Source: Chiloscyllium plagiosum (taxonomy: Eukaryota). From it: 64,000 bases of DNA. The notes beneath the pieces were generated by a model that searched no databases, was not told the origin of the DNA, and was given only the letters and a program-made list of their open reading frames with translations. The stretch lies in NCBI RefSeq assembly GCF_004010195.1, contig NC_057719.1, positions 37,926,200 to 37,990,199 of the forward strand. The letters are read 5' to 3'. Both the position numbers and the translations under genes were made by a program. Position 1 is the stretch's first letter. Each line of letters begins with the position of its first letter. This document shows positions 35,637-47,724 of this stretch, one piece after another.

Positions 35637-36178
35637 ATATTGGTTGCAATTCTGGTCTCCTTCCTATTGAAAGGATGTTGTGAAACTTGAAATTCAGAAA
35701 AGATTTACAAGGATATTGCCAGGGTTGGAGGGTTTGAGCTATAGGGCGAGGCTGAACTGGGTGGAATTGTTTTCCCTGAAGCGTCGGAGGCTGAGGAGTG
35801 ACCTTATAGAGGTTTATAAAATCATGAAGGGCATGGATAGTGTAAATAGGCAAGGTCTTTTCCCTGGGGTGGGGAAGTCCAGAACTAGAGGGTATAGCTT
35901 TAGGCTGAGAGGGGAAAGATATAAAAGAGACCTAAGGAGCAATTTTTTCACACAGAGGGTGGTACGTGTATGGAATGAGCTGCCAGAGGAAGTGGTGGAG
36001 GCTGGTACAATTGTAACATTTAAAAGGCATTTGGATGGGTACATGAATAGAAAGGGTTTGGAGGGATATGGGCCGGGTGCTGGCAAGTGGAACCAGATTA
36101 GGTTGGGTTGTCTGGTCAGCATAGATGAGTTGGACTGACGAGTCTGTTTCTGTGCTGTACATCTCTATGACTATATCT
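35637..36178 (+). mobile_element. Young 5'-truncated HER1-type CR1 3' fragment nested in the older CR1
   Basis: ORF 35680-36138 = CR1 ORF2 C-terminus (LIEVYKIM, FFTQRVVRVWNELP); tail present. Confidence 0.92.
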
Positions 36179-37937
36179 ATATGTGGAATCACAGGAAGTA
36201 GGAAAGATACTAAATGAATATTTTGCACGAGTTTTACTGTGGAAAAATGACATGGAAGCTGTAGAGCTCAACGGAAATAAATATTGATGTCTAAAAACAA
36301 TCCACATTATAGAAGAGGAAATGCTGGAGGTCTTAAAAATCATAAAGGTGACTAAATCTCTGGGACTTGATCAAGTGTATCCCAGGATGTTGTGGGAAGT
36401 TAGGGAAGAAATTGCAGGGCCCCTAGCAGAGGCTATCTGCAGCCATGGGTGAGTTGTCAAATGACTCGAGGGTGGCTAATGCTGTGCCTTTATTTAAGAA
36501 AGGCTGTAAGGAGAAACCTGGGAACAATAGATTGTGGAATCTGACATCAATGGTGGGTAAGTTGTTGGAGGAACCTCTGAGAGACAGGATTTATATGCAT
36601 TTGGAGTGGCAATGACTGATTCAGGATATTCGTGGGAAATAGTGTCTCACAAATTTGATTGAGTTCTTTGAGGATGTAACCAAAAAGGTTGATGAGGTAG
36701 AGGAGTAGATGTCTTCTACATGGGCTTTAGTAAAGTTTTTGTCAAGGTTTTGTATGATAGACTAGTTAGCAAAGTTAGATCACATGGATTCAAGGAGAGC
36801 TTGCCAATTGGATACAAAATTTGCTTCAAAGTAGGAGGCAGAGGGTGGTGTGGAGGATTGTTTGTCAGATTGGAGGCCTGTGACCAGTGGCGCTCCACTC
36901 GGATTGGTACTGGATCCACTTTTGGTGTCATTTATATAAACAATTTGGATAACAATTTAGGAGGCATGGTTAGTAAGTTTGCGGATGACATCAAAATTGG
37001 TAGTATAATCAACAGTGAAGATGGTTATTTAAAATTACAAAGGGATCTTGATTGATTGGGCCAATGGGCTGAGGAGTGGCAGATGGAGTTTAATTTAGAT
37101 AAATGTGAGGTATTACATTTTGATAAAACAAACAAGGGCAGAACTTGTGCAGTTAATGGTAGGGCCCTGGGTAATACTATCAAACAGGGGGAGGCTGGGT
37201 GTTCGGTATTTAAGTCTTTGTAAGTTATATCACAGGTAGACAGGGTGATTAAGTCAGCATTTAGCGTGTTTGCCTTCATTGCTCAGACCATTGAGCATAA
37301 GAGCTGGGATGTCATGTTGACATAATGCAGAACGTTGGTGAGGCATCTTCTGGAGTATGTGAGTGTTCTGGTCACCCTGCCATAGGAAGAATATTATTAA
37401 ATTGGAGAGGTTTCAGAAAAGATTTACCATGATATTGCCAGGACTGGAGGATTAGAGGTATAAGGAAAGGTTGGATAGGCTGGGACTTTTTTTTTGGAGT
37501 ATAAGAGATTGAGGGGTGACTTTATAAAGGTTTATAAAATCATGACAGGCATAGATAAGGTGACCAAGGGTGGGTGAGTTCAAAACTAAGGGGCATATTT
37601 TTAAGGAGAGAGGAGAATGATTTAAAAGGGACCTATCGCAAACCTATCTGCCAAGGCTATCTTTTAACTCCCTTTTTGCCGTCCTGATTTCTCTCTTAAG
37701 AATGCCTCCACACCCCTTATACTTTTCAAGAGATTCATTTGATCCCAGTTATTTATATGTAATATGACTCATCTTTATTCCTGACCAGCGCCTCAATATC
37801 TTTGCTCATCCATTGTTCCTTACTCTTTACAGCTCTATCCTTCACTGTGTGCACACAAAGTTGGGTCCAAATTTGCAGGCTTTAAAATGTATCTGTAGGC
37901 CTTGAGGAATGAGATGGTTGTGAAGGCAGCAGCTGAG

Positions 37938-38024
37938 TTGAAACTTTATTGCTGGAACAGCACAGCAGGTCAGGCAGCATCCAGGGAACAGGAGATTCGA
38001 CGTTTCGGGCACAGGCCCTTCTTC
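37938..38024 (-). mobile_element. Short PLE-derived arm inserted into the inverted duplication, 15-bp TSD
   Basis: AAGGCAGCAGCTGAG (37923-37937) / AAGACAGCAGCTGAG (38025-38039); absent from the source copy at 35241-35556. Confidence 0.88.
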
Positions 38025-39054
38025 AAGACAGCAGCTGAGGAATGTCACGTGATTTAAAAGGGCATAAGCTTTTCCCAAGGGTGGGTGAGTTCAAAACTAA
38101 GGGGCATATTTTTAAGGAGAGAGGAGAATGATTTAAAAGGGACCTGAGGGGCAGCTTTTTCACACAGAGGGTGATTCGTATGTGGAATGAACTGCCAGTG
38201 AATCAGAGGCCATTCGGCCCATTAAGTCTACAGCGACCATCCAAACAGCATCATACCCACACTCAACATCCTACTCCAGCCCTGTATCCCTATATTTCCC
38301 ATGGATAATCCACCAGGCCTGGATTACTATGGGAGGTGGTGGACACAGGTATAATTACATTTAAAATATATTTGGAAAGGAACATGAATAGGAAAAGTTT
38401 AGAGGGATATGGGCCAAATGCAGGCTAATGGGACTGGTTTAGTGCAGAAAACTTAGTCAGTATGGACTAGCCGGACTGAAGAGTCTGTTTCTGTGCTGTG
38501 TGACTTTATGACTCTATAAGAGAGTTTGGTTTGAAATCTGCAGTTTGTTATAACAGAGGAAGTTGAAGTTCTCAGATTTGTGGAAACATTCATGTGGAAA
38601 GATTTGAAAAGAACTCATTGAATTCTCTCCACACTTCATAATCAAGTAACTGTCTGAAGTTAGTTAGGTAGAACCCTAAAGAGTTGAGGTACGAGGTGTA
38701 AATGCTGTCAAACAGGAAATGTCACAAAATGGCTGGAGACTTTGTTTTGTCATGTATATTAGATGGAGCTAACGGTATTCAATTTTTACATAGCTTGGTT
38801 TATTATTTTTCATTTCTTCTTTTGTGTAATAAATTTCAGTTGTCAGCTCAAAGAATCCTGCACCCTTGTGTGAATATGTCCCAGTGATTAACTACCATAT
38901 TAACCAACTAAACAAAGGATAATTAAAAATAGATCTTTCAAGCCAGATTACATCTTGGGATATGACTTGTCCAATGGTACCATCAGTTGCAATCATGGCA
39001 GTATGTTAGGAGTAAACGTGAGAGGTTATTTCATGTGCTCTTGTGATTGATGAC

Positions 39055-42000
39055 AATAGACAATAGGTACAGAGTCGACCATTTGAGCCAGCACCATCAT
39101 GCATTATGATAGTGAGTGATCATCCACAACCAATATCCTTATCCCCATAACCCTGATTCCACTATCTTTAAGAGCTCTATCTATCTCTTTCTTGAAAGTA
39201 TCCAGAGACTTGGCATCCACTGCCTTTCAGGGTAGAGCATTCCATACATCCACCATTCTCTGGGTGAAGAAGTTTCTCCTCAACTCTTGACTCTACTTAG
39301 GTAGTAATCTGCCTTCCTGTTCTTGCCACCAAAGTGGATAACCATACATTTATCCACATTAAGCTGAATCTGCCATGCATCCGTCCACTCATCTAGCCTT
39401 TCCAAGTCACCCTGTATTCTCATAACATCCTCCTCACATTTCACCCTGCCATCTAGCTTTGTGCCATCAGCAAATTTGCTAATATTACTTTTAATACCTT
39501 CATCTATATCATTAATGTATATTGTAAACAGCTGTGGTCCCAGCACCGAATCTTGTGGTACCCCACTGGTCACCGCCTGCCATTCTGAAAGGGACCTGTT
39601 TATCACTACTCTTTGCTTCCTGTCAGCCAGCCAATTTTCAATCCAAGTCCGTATTTTTCCCCCAATACCATGTGCCCTAATTTTTCTCACTAATCTCCTA
39701 TGTGGGACTTTATCAAAGACTTTCTGAAAGTCTAGGTACACTACATTCACTGGCTCACCCTTGTTCATCTTTATAGTTACATCCTCAAAAAATTCCAGAA
39801 GATTAGTCAAGCATGATTTCCCCTTCGTAAATCCATGCTGACTCTGACCTATCCTGTTACTGCTATCCAAATGAGTCGTAACTTCATCTTTTATAATTGA
39901 CTCCAGCATCTTTCCCACCTCTGACGTCAGGCTAATCGGTCTATAATTCCCTGTTTTCTCACTCCCTCCTTTCTTGAAAAGTGGGACAACATTAGCCACC
40001 CTCCAATCCACAGGAACCGATCCAGAATCTATAGAACATTGGAAAATGATTACGAATGCATCCACGATTTCTGGAGCCACCTCTTTAACTATCCTGGGAT
40101 GCAGATCATCAGGTCCCAGGGACTTATCAGCCTTCAGACCTAACAATTTATCCAACACCATTTCCTGCCTAATATAAATTCCCTTCAGTTCATCCGTTAC
40201 CCTAGGTCCTTTAGCCACTATTACATCTGGGAGATTGCTTGTGTCTTCTGAAGACAGAACGAAAGTACCTATTCAACTCTTCTGCCATTTCCTTGTTCCC
40301 CATAATAAATTCACCCGTTTCTGTCTTGAAGGGCCCAATTGTAGTCTTAACCTTTTTTTTCACATACTTAAAAAAGCTTTTACTATCTTCCTTTATATTT
40401 TTGGCCAGTTTGTCTTTGTACCTCATTTTTTCTCTGTGTATTGCCTTTTTAGTTATCCTTTGTTGCTCTTTAAAAGTTTCCCAGTTCTCTGGCTTCCTGC
40501 TCATCTTTGCTATGTTATACATCTTCTCTTTTACCTTTATACAGTCCTTAACTTCGCTCATCAGCCACGGACACCCCTGGCTCCCCTTAGGATCTTTCTT
40601 CCTCTTTGGAATAAACTGATCCTGCACCTTCTGCATTATATCCAGAAATACCTGCCATTGTTGTTCCACTGCCATCCCTGCTAGGGTATTGAATCATTGA
40701 ACTTTGGCCAGCTCCTCCCTCATAGCTCCATAGTTCCCTTTGTTCAACTGTAATACTGACACTTCCGATTCTCCCTTCTCCCTCTCAAATTGTAGATTAA
40801 AAGGTATCATATTATGGTCACTACCTCCTAATGGCTCCTTTACTTCGAGGTCCCTGATCAAATCCCGTTTGTTGCACAACACCAGACCCAGAATTGCCTT
40901 CTCCGTGGTAGGCTCTAGTACAAGCTGTTCTAAGAATCCATCTCGGAGACACTCCACAAACTCCCTTTCTTGGGGGCCAGTACCATCCTGATTCTCCCAG
41001 TCTACCTGCATGTTGAAATCCCCCATAACAACTGTAAATACCTTTGCGACAGGCCAATTTCCTTATTCAACTTACACCCTACATCCAGACTACTGTTTTG
41101 GGGTCTGTAGATAACTCCCACTATGGTCTTTCTACCCTTAGAATTTCTCAACTCTATCCACACTAACTCTACATCTCCTGATTCTATGTTCCCCCTTGCA
41201 AGGGACTGAATATCATGCCTCACCAACAGGGTCACCCCATCCCCTCTGCCTGTCAGTCTGTCCTTTCAATAGCACGTACAGCCTTGAATATTCATTTCCC
41301 AGGCCCTGTCCACTTGAAGCCACGTCTCAGTTATCCCCACAACATTGTACCTGCCAATTTCCAACTGAGACTCAAGCGCATCCATCTTATTTCTTATGCT
41401 TTGTGCATTCATATATAATATTTTTAATTTGTTACTCCCCTCACCCTTCCTATCCATCCCTATTTCAATTGACCATACTGTATGATCCCTTCTTGAGTTT
41501 TCTGCTCCATTGATTCTGTTGTCTTTCTTAACTCCTCTTATTCTCACCTTCCCTTTAACTTCTTTCTTGAATTTCCAGTTTGTCCCCTCCCCTCTACTTC
41601 TTAGTTTAAACACACTTGGTTGCAGTGGCAAACCTGCCTGCCAGAATGCTGGCCCTCCCACGAGGTGCAACCCGTCACTCTTGCATAATTTATCCTTACC
41701 ACAAAACATGGTCCAAGAATTTAAATCCTTGCTCCCTGCACCAGTTCCTCAGCCACACATTCAAGTCCATTATCTCCCTGTTCCTGCCCTCACCAGCCTG
41801 AGGAACTGGAACCAAACCGGAGATAACCAACCTGGAAGTCCTGCTTTTTAGCCTTCTTCTGAGTTCTCTGAAGTCCCGCTGTAGAATGTCCCTCCTCTTC
41901 TTCCCGACGTCATTTGTGTCAATGTGCACCACCACCTCTGGCTCTTCACCTTCATTCTTGAGGATTCCCTGCACTCTGCTGGTGACGTCCTACTTAATAC

Positions 42001-42075
42001 ACCTACTTAAATAGCACTCACTAACCTTCCCAACAGCCTCTGTGCTCTGACCTCACTTCCGACCAGCTCCCACTG
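39055..42075 (-). mobile_element. Near full-span CR1: 5' UTR remnant, ORF1 SGNH esterase, ORF2 endonuclease + RT, 3' end (deletions near 39290 and 41990)
   Basis: VVVHIDTNDV…LNVWLRNWC…DGLHL (esterase); VIYRP, MGDFN, SDHN (endonuclease); 312-aa RT ORF at 39280-40218. Confidence 0.93.
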
Positions 42076-43812
42076 CAATCTACTGCAAAAAAAAGACCAC
42101 TGGCTTTGAGGTAAGTACTTAAATAGCACTCAAATAGCACCATCACAATAGATGGTGAGGAACATGATCATTACAATTATGGGAAAAAGGAGAGAGATCA
42201 TGAACAGATACAGCGCAAGAGGTTGGCAAAAAGGAACTGTATTATTGAGCTCAGAAACATGGATTGGTATTCTGCGCCAATATGATTGCCTGCCAACCAA
42301 CCATTCAATCTCATTATGACCAAGCCCAGCATTATGATTGTGTACACTTCATTTCAGTAATGTTCTCAAATGCATTATCCACCTGAAACACTTAAAATCA
42401 ATCACTAAATGTCACTGGAAATCGTGGTCAAACTGGACAACTGTCTGGACAGACAGCATCTTAAATATTCTGCTGTGTTCTGGTCACTGTAAAGCTAGGA
42501 ACCTGAATCAGAGTTGCAGAGGAAAGACTGGAGAAACTAGTTTTTCAATTTGGAAAGGAGATATCTGAGATATGTTCTTAAACAATTGAACACGAATATT
42601 AAGGGTGTGTGTCAGGGTTGGAACATTTAATCACTCTTTCCCACAAGAGGAATTTGAGGCTGATTTTGGGGTAAGCCAAAGTTCACATGTTTAGACACCA
42701 TAAACTCCAGCCTGAGACTGAATGGGAGAGGTTTGAAGCGATAGGTGAATTGTGAACAATGACAACGGATGGCAAGCTATATGTCACCTTGGGCAAGACT
42801 TTCTGCTCCTGGAGAAGGTGACTGTAGATGTGTAAAGGGAAGTTAATCAGCCACGGTGCTGGAATACCACCTCTATCTTCTTCCCACCTCCTCCAGAATT
42901 AAGTGCAAGTGGGAATGTCTATGGTGATCTTCCCGGCATGTTGTCCTTTAAGGCCATTAATTTTCCAATTAACGACCATTTTAGAGCCTCAGTATCACCA
43001 TTGGGATTAGCCCAGCTGCAAGTGGTCTTGCAGGCTTGAGGCCATGCAGCATGTACAGCAACTAGAACCATGTGGCCATCAAGGGCGGGTGGGAGGGCTT
43101 ACCTCCACCAAGGGCGCTCAGTAGCTGATTGAGGAGCTCAAAGTTTGGAAGGATGGAACCCCTTTGCTCTTGTTGCTGAGCCCCCTGCATCCCAACAGTG
43201 CCAACCCCTGCAATATCATTTACCTTTGTCCTGGATCCTTCACTATCTTGGGACTCCTGCAGTCATGTCTTCCTCTGAGATAGGACGGAGCACAAGAGTT
43301 ATTAGGCTCTGTGTGGCCTGCAGCTCCACCTCCAGGGGTTTTGAGATCAGGAAAGGCCTGCTCAATCCCTCTGATTAGCATGTGGAAGCCAGCCTTCCCC
43401 GGAAAGGGACCACTCTCTGGCTTGCTTACACTTCATTGAGATCCTACCTCATATCTCAAGCAGATTAGATAAACATGCACAGACCTATAATAGTGTGGAT
43501 AATACTATTCATGTGAATCAATTATGAAGTATACAGGGTGTAGTTTGTTTTGCTGATAGGTATCTTGGTGAATCATGGATTGCACATTCCTCTTTGACAT
43601 CACTCAACTCCACCTCAGCTCAACCCATCTGCTGTTAAACTGTGATTGCCCCTTTAGAGTTTTGACCAGTCTTCCCTGGCAACTGTGCCAACTTGTGGTC
43701 ACTGTCATTGGGAATGAGCCAAACAGGCAACAAAGAAAGATGCACACAAACAACATCTCCTTTAAGATGCCCATAGCCATCTTAATCTTAAATGGATTGT
43801 TCAGTGTCACAA

Positions 43813-44442
43813 AACCTGCGCCCACACCTCCTCCCTCACCTCCATCCAAGGCTCCAAAGGAGTCTTCCACATCCATCAAAGTTTAACCTGCACTTCCACA
43901 CATCATTTATTGTATCCGTAGCTCCCAATGCGGTCTCCTCTATATTGGGGAGTCTGGAAGCCTTCTCGCACAGCACTATAGAGAACATCTCCGAGACACC
44001 CGCACCAATCAACCCCACTGCCCCGTGGCTGAACATTTCAACTCCTCCTCCCTCTCTGCCAAGGACATGCAGGTCCTGGGCTTCCTCCATTGCCACTCTC
44101 TAACCACCCGACACCTTATCTTCCATCTCGGGACCCTTCAACCCCATGGCTTCAATGTGGACTTCACCAGTTCCCCATTTCCCCTCCCCCCACCTTACCC
44201 CAGTTCCAACCTTACAGTTCAGCACCTATTGCACTTTCAGCTATCTGCCATCCAGCCCCACCTCCCCCCCCTCCCCCTCCCATTTATCTCTCCACCCCAA
44301 AGCTCCCAGCCTCATTCCTGATGAAGGGCTCCGGCCCGAAACGTCGATTTTCCTGCTCCTCAGATGCTGCCTGACCTACTGTGCTTTTCCAGCAACACAC
44401 TCTCAACTCTGATCTCCAGCATCTGCAGACCTCCTTGTCTCC
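43813..44442 (+). mobile_element. 5'-truncated Penelope-like element (GIY-YIG, pLTR, hammerhead, tail) with a 15-bp TSD
   Basis: IYCIRSSQCGLLYIGESG…REHL; TGTTCAGTGTCACAA (43798-43812) / TGTTTAGTGTAACAA (44443-44457); homologous to 63230-63937. Confidence 0.9.
44314..44349 (+). ncRNA. Minimal (type I-like) hammerhead ribozyme motif with intact core
   Basis: ATTC-CTGATGA-A-GGGC(TCCG)GCCC-GAA-ACGT-C^GATT. Equivalent intact cores (CTGAAGA) on the minus strand at 4256-4291 and 13533-13568. Confidence 0.75.
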
Positions 44443-44609
44443 TGTTTAGTGTAACAAGCCAGCTGCAGCCAGCCTAGAGAAAGTTGAAGGGAACATCACA
44501 TATGAGTATTGAAACTTGACTGTCCTCCATTCTTTCATCCTAAATACATTTGAAATCTTCCAAAACTCCTGGACCTTAACTTACAGCAAATCTCCTTCAT
44601 TCATTAAAT

Positions 44610-45100
44610 AAAAACTGAAAGAACTGCAGATGCTGTAAATCAGAAACACAAACAAAAGTTGCTGGAAACGCTCAGCAAGTCTGGCAGCATCTGTGGAGAC
44701 AAATCAAATTTAATGTTTCGGATCTGGTGACCCTTCCTCAGAACTGATGGTAGCTAGGAAAATGTTGGTTTATATGCAGAAGACAGGGTGGGGGGAGGAG
44801 GTAAGGAATAAATGAGAGGTGAGGATAGAGCCCAAAGAGAGAGAAAAACAGACAGAGGAGTCAATAACAATTTGATTGGGAGGGCGAATAGCTGTTTATG
44901 GACACTGTTAGTGGCTAACAATAGGTAGCGTGTAACAGCCGACCATGGGATAACAAGATGTGTGGGGTGGGGGCTAGGACATGGAGGAGTTCAGGGCCTA
45001 AAATTATTGAACTTGACATTGAGTCCAGTAGGCTGCAGGGTCCCCAAGTGGAAAATGCTGAGCTTCGCTAGAGAACTGCAGCAAGCCTGAGACAGAGATC
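44610..45100 (-). mobile_element. Penelope-like element 3' end, third family, with a hammerhead motif at 44708-44745
   Basis: Reverse complement has FHLGTLQPTGLNVKFNNF (PLE C-terminus) and AGTT-CTGAGGA-A-GGGTC(ACCA)GATCC-GAA-ACAT-T. Confidence 0.8.
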
Positions 45101-45104
45101 CCAT

Positions 45105-46275
45105 ACTATATCATTTATATAAATGATGAAAAACAGTGGACCCAGCACTGACCCTTGCGGCACACCACTGGTCACAGGGCTCCAGTCCGAAAAACAGCCC
45201 TTCACCACCACCCTCTGCCTCCGACCTTCAATCCAATTTTGTATCCAATTGGCTAGCTCCCCCTGGATTCCATGTGATTTAACCTTGCTGACCATTCTAC
45301 TATGCTGAATCTTGATGACTGCCTTGCTGAACACCCATATATACATCATCTACCCATCTGCCTTTATCAATTTTCTTTGTCATTTCTTCAAATAACTCAA
45401 TCAAATTACTGAAACACAATTTCCCACATGCAAAGCCATGTTGACTATTCCTAATCAGTCCTTGGATTTTCAAATGTAAGTAAGTTCTGTCCCTTAGAAT
45501 CTCCTCCAACAATTTACCCACCACTGACATCAGGCTCACCGGTCTATAATTCCCTGGCTTTTCCTTACCATCTTTTAAAAATAGTGGTACAATATTACCT
45601 AACCTTCAGTCATCTGGCACATCACCCTTGGCTATCAATGATACAAATATCTCAGCAGGAGGCCCAACAATCTCTTCCCTTGTTTCCCACAAATTTCTGG
45701 GATACACCTGAACAGATCCTAGGGATTTATTCAGCTTTATGCATTTTAAGACCTCCAGCACCTCCTCTTCTATAATATGGACACTTTTCAAGTTATCACT
45801 ATTTATTTCCCCAGGTTTTCTAGCTTTTATGACCTTCTCCACTGTAAATTCTGACACAAAATACTCATTTAATATTTCATTTATCTCCTGTGGTTCCCCG
45901 CATAGATGGCCTTATTTATCTTGAAAGGGCCCTATTCTTCCTTGTTACTCTTTTGCCCATAATGTGTTTGTAAAATCTCTTTGGATTCTCCTTAAATCCA
46001 TGCCCCCTTTTTGCCCTCCTGTTTTCCCTCTTAAGTACACTCCTACGGGCCTTAGGGATTCACTTCATCCCTACTGTCTAGACCTGGCATAAGCCTCCTT
46101 CTTTTCTTTGGCAAGAACTTCAATTTCTCTCGTCATCGAACATTCCCAATACCTGCTAACCTTGCCCTTTGCACTGACAGGAACATACTGTCTCTGAACT
46201 CTTGTTAGCTAATTTTTGATGGCTTCCCACTTTCCAACCATCCCTTTACTTGTGAATAGCCTCTCCCAATCAACT
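45105..46275 (-). mobile_element. CR1 ORF2 internal fragment
   Basis: [32 protein letters not shown]. Confidence 0.9.
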
Positions 46276-46614
46276 ATCTCTTAGAATTCTCCATTATTTA
46301 GACAGTTTCCCTTATTCATGAACTCCAAAAACATTAAGTTGCTGGAAGTCAAAGCAGTTAACAGCACAATGAGGGCTATGGGACATCAGCGACCTGATAA
46401 ATGGCCTGAACAAATGAGATCTAAAGATTTGAGTAAAAAATTTAACCAAGAAGACAGTATATTAAACAGAATCAAATTTCTACCATGTGAAATGGAGAGA
46501 TAAATTAGAAAATATTCCAATCACAATTTACTATTATGAACAGAGTTTTACTTAATAAATTATTTGCTGTCTGGGTTGGAGAGATTGCATGTTAACGGAG
46601 AGACACATAATAGA

Positions 46615-47355
46615 GGCACGTGTAAGAAAATGGTTTATGCCATTGTAATCAATTACATGCTATCATCTATCATGGTTCAGGAGCCCCATATTGGTACAAG
46701 AGTCTCTGCCACATTTTCTATCAAGAGTGTACACTGAAAATGTGCACAATTATCTAGCATGTTCTTCATCTGGGCCCTCTTCTCAGCCAGCTTTTGATTT
46801 TTGCTCATCTCTTCCAAAGCTTTTCCAAACAGTCAGCTGTAGAGGTTTTGGCTGTCAGTGGGTGTCTCCCAGTTGTCAGCAGCAACAACGGTGGCACAGT
46901 GGTTAGCACTGCTGCCTCACAGCGCCAGAGACCCGGGTTCAATTCCCGCCTCAGGCGACCAACTGTGTGGAGTTTGCACATTCTCCCCGTGTCTGCGTGG
47001 GTTTCCTCCGGGTGCTCCGGTTTCCTCCCACGCTCCAAAAATGTGCAGGTCAGGTGAATTGGCCACGCTAAATTGCCTGTAGTGTTAGGTGCAGGGGTAA
47101 ATGTAGGGGAATGGGTCTGGGTGGGTGCGCTTCGGCGGGTCGGTGTGGACTTGTTGGGCCGAAGGGCCTGTTTCCACACTGTAAGTAATCTAAAAAAAAA
47201 ACATTCCCCATCTTTACATCTTGCTGCATGTGTCCTTGCAGTAGATCCATAGAAGATTTGAACCAGTTCACAGGACTGAAGGTCTTTGAGTTTATGGCCA
47301 TCATCCATCAAGTGAACATGTCTGAGCCAGTGCAGACATCGTTCATTCAGTAATG
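46615..47355 (-). mobile_element. RTE-clade LINE 3' end, interrupted by an HE1 SINE
   Basis: Minus strand LLNERCLHWLRHVHLMDDG..KDL..CEL (cf. RLRWLGHV.RM), DNWET, LAEKRAQ, and terminal zinc-finger-like KCGRDSCTNMGLLNH. Confidence 0.75.
46888..47201 (+). mobile_element. HE1-type V-SINE, near complete
   Basis: A box 46892-46902, B box 46936-46946, V-domain, CR1-shared 3' end, A tail. Confidence 0.95.
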
Positions 47356-47500
47356 TTTGTAGTTATTTTTAAAATCAACCTGTTTGGACATGCTATAGTG
47401 TATCTCTGGGGCAGGTGGATCATCTGGCTCAGAGGTAGCGACATTACCTCTGCATCACAGGACCTAATTTAACATTAACTTGGGTGGTTAAATTATTAGT

Positions 47501-47724
47501 TGAGAGTGTGTTGCTGAAAAAGCACAACAGGTCAGGCAGCACCTGAGAAGCAGGAAAATCGATGTTTCGGGCCGGAGCTCTTCATTAGGAACCTATTGAA
47601 GAGGATTTTTCAATGGATTGTAACATCAATTCTCCTGCTCCTTGGATGCTGCCTGACCTGCTGTGCTTTTACAGCAACACACTCTCAACTCTGATCTCCA
47701 GCATCTGCAGACCTCACTGTCTCC
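47501..47724. mobile_element. Short palindromic PLE-derived insertion with a 16-bp TSD
   Basis: TGGTTAAATTATTAGT (47485-47500) / TAGTTAAATTATTAGT (47725-47740); antisense arm ends at AGGAA (about 47591), then ~30 nt of filler, then sense arm + tail. Confidence 0.88.

Larger units (their letters stand above)
34522..38517 (+). mobile_element. Older CR1 (endonuclease to 3' end) carrying several nested insertions
   Basis: GDFNFPDIDW, SKFADDIKIG, WQMEFN, tail TATGACTCTAT; interrupted at 34931, 35637 and 37634. Confidence 0.85.
34176..39000. mobile_element. Probable solo LTR (halves 34176-~34520 and ~38518-39000) split by a CR1
   Basis: Begins TGTGATGAT, ends ATCATGGCA (imperfect terminal inverted repeat); flanks GAAT/GTAT; AATAAA at about 38828. 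Confidence 0.45.

Noticed and set aside
39280..40218. 312-aa RT ORF as a possibly active or domesticated gene
   Set aside because: FADD motif reads FADG, neighbouring ORF2 segments are frameshifted and the C-terminus is deleted.
42780..43400. Probable non-autonomous DNA-transposon remnants (also about 25860-26450, 47820-48060, 59650-59700)
   Set aside because: I could not define TIRs, TSDs or family, so they are not reported as features.
46892..46950. tRNA-like A/B boxes (also 14649, 18358)
   Set aside because: They are HE1 SINE heads followed by V-domain and LINE-like tail, not tRNA genes.
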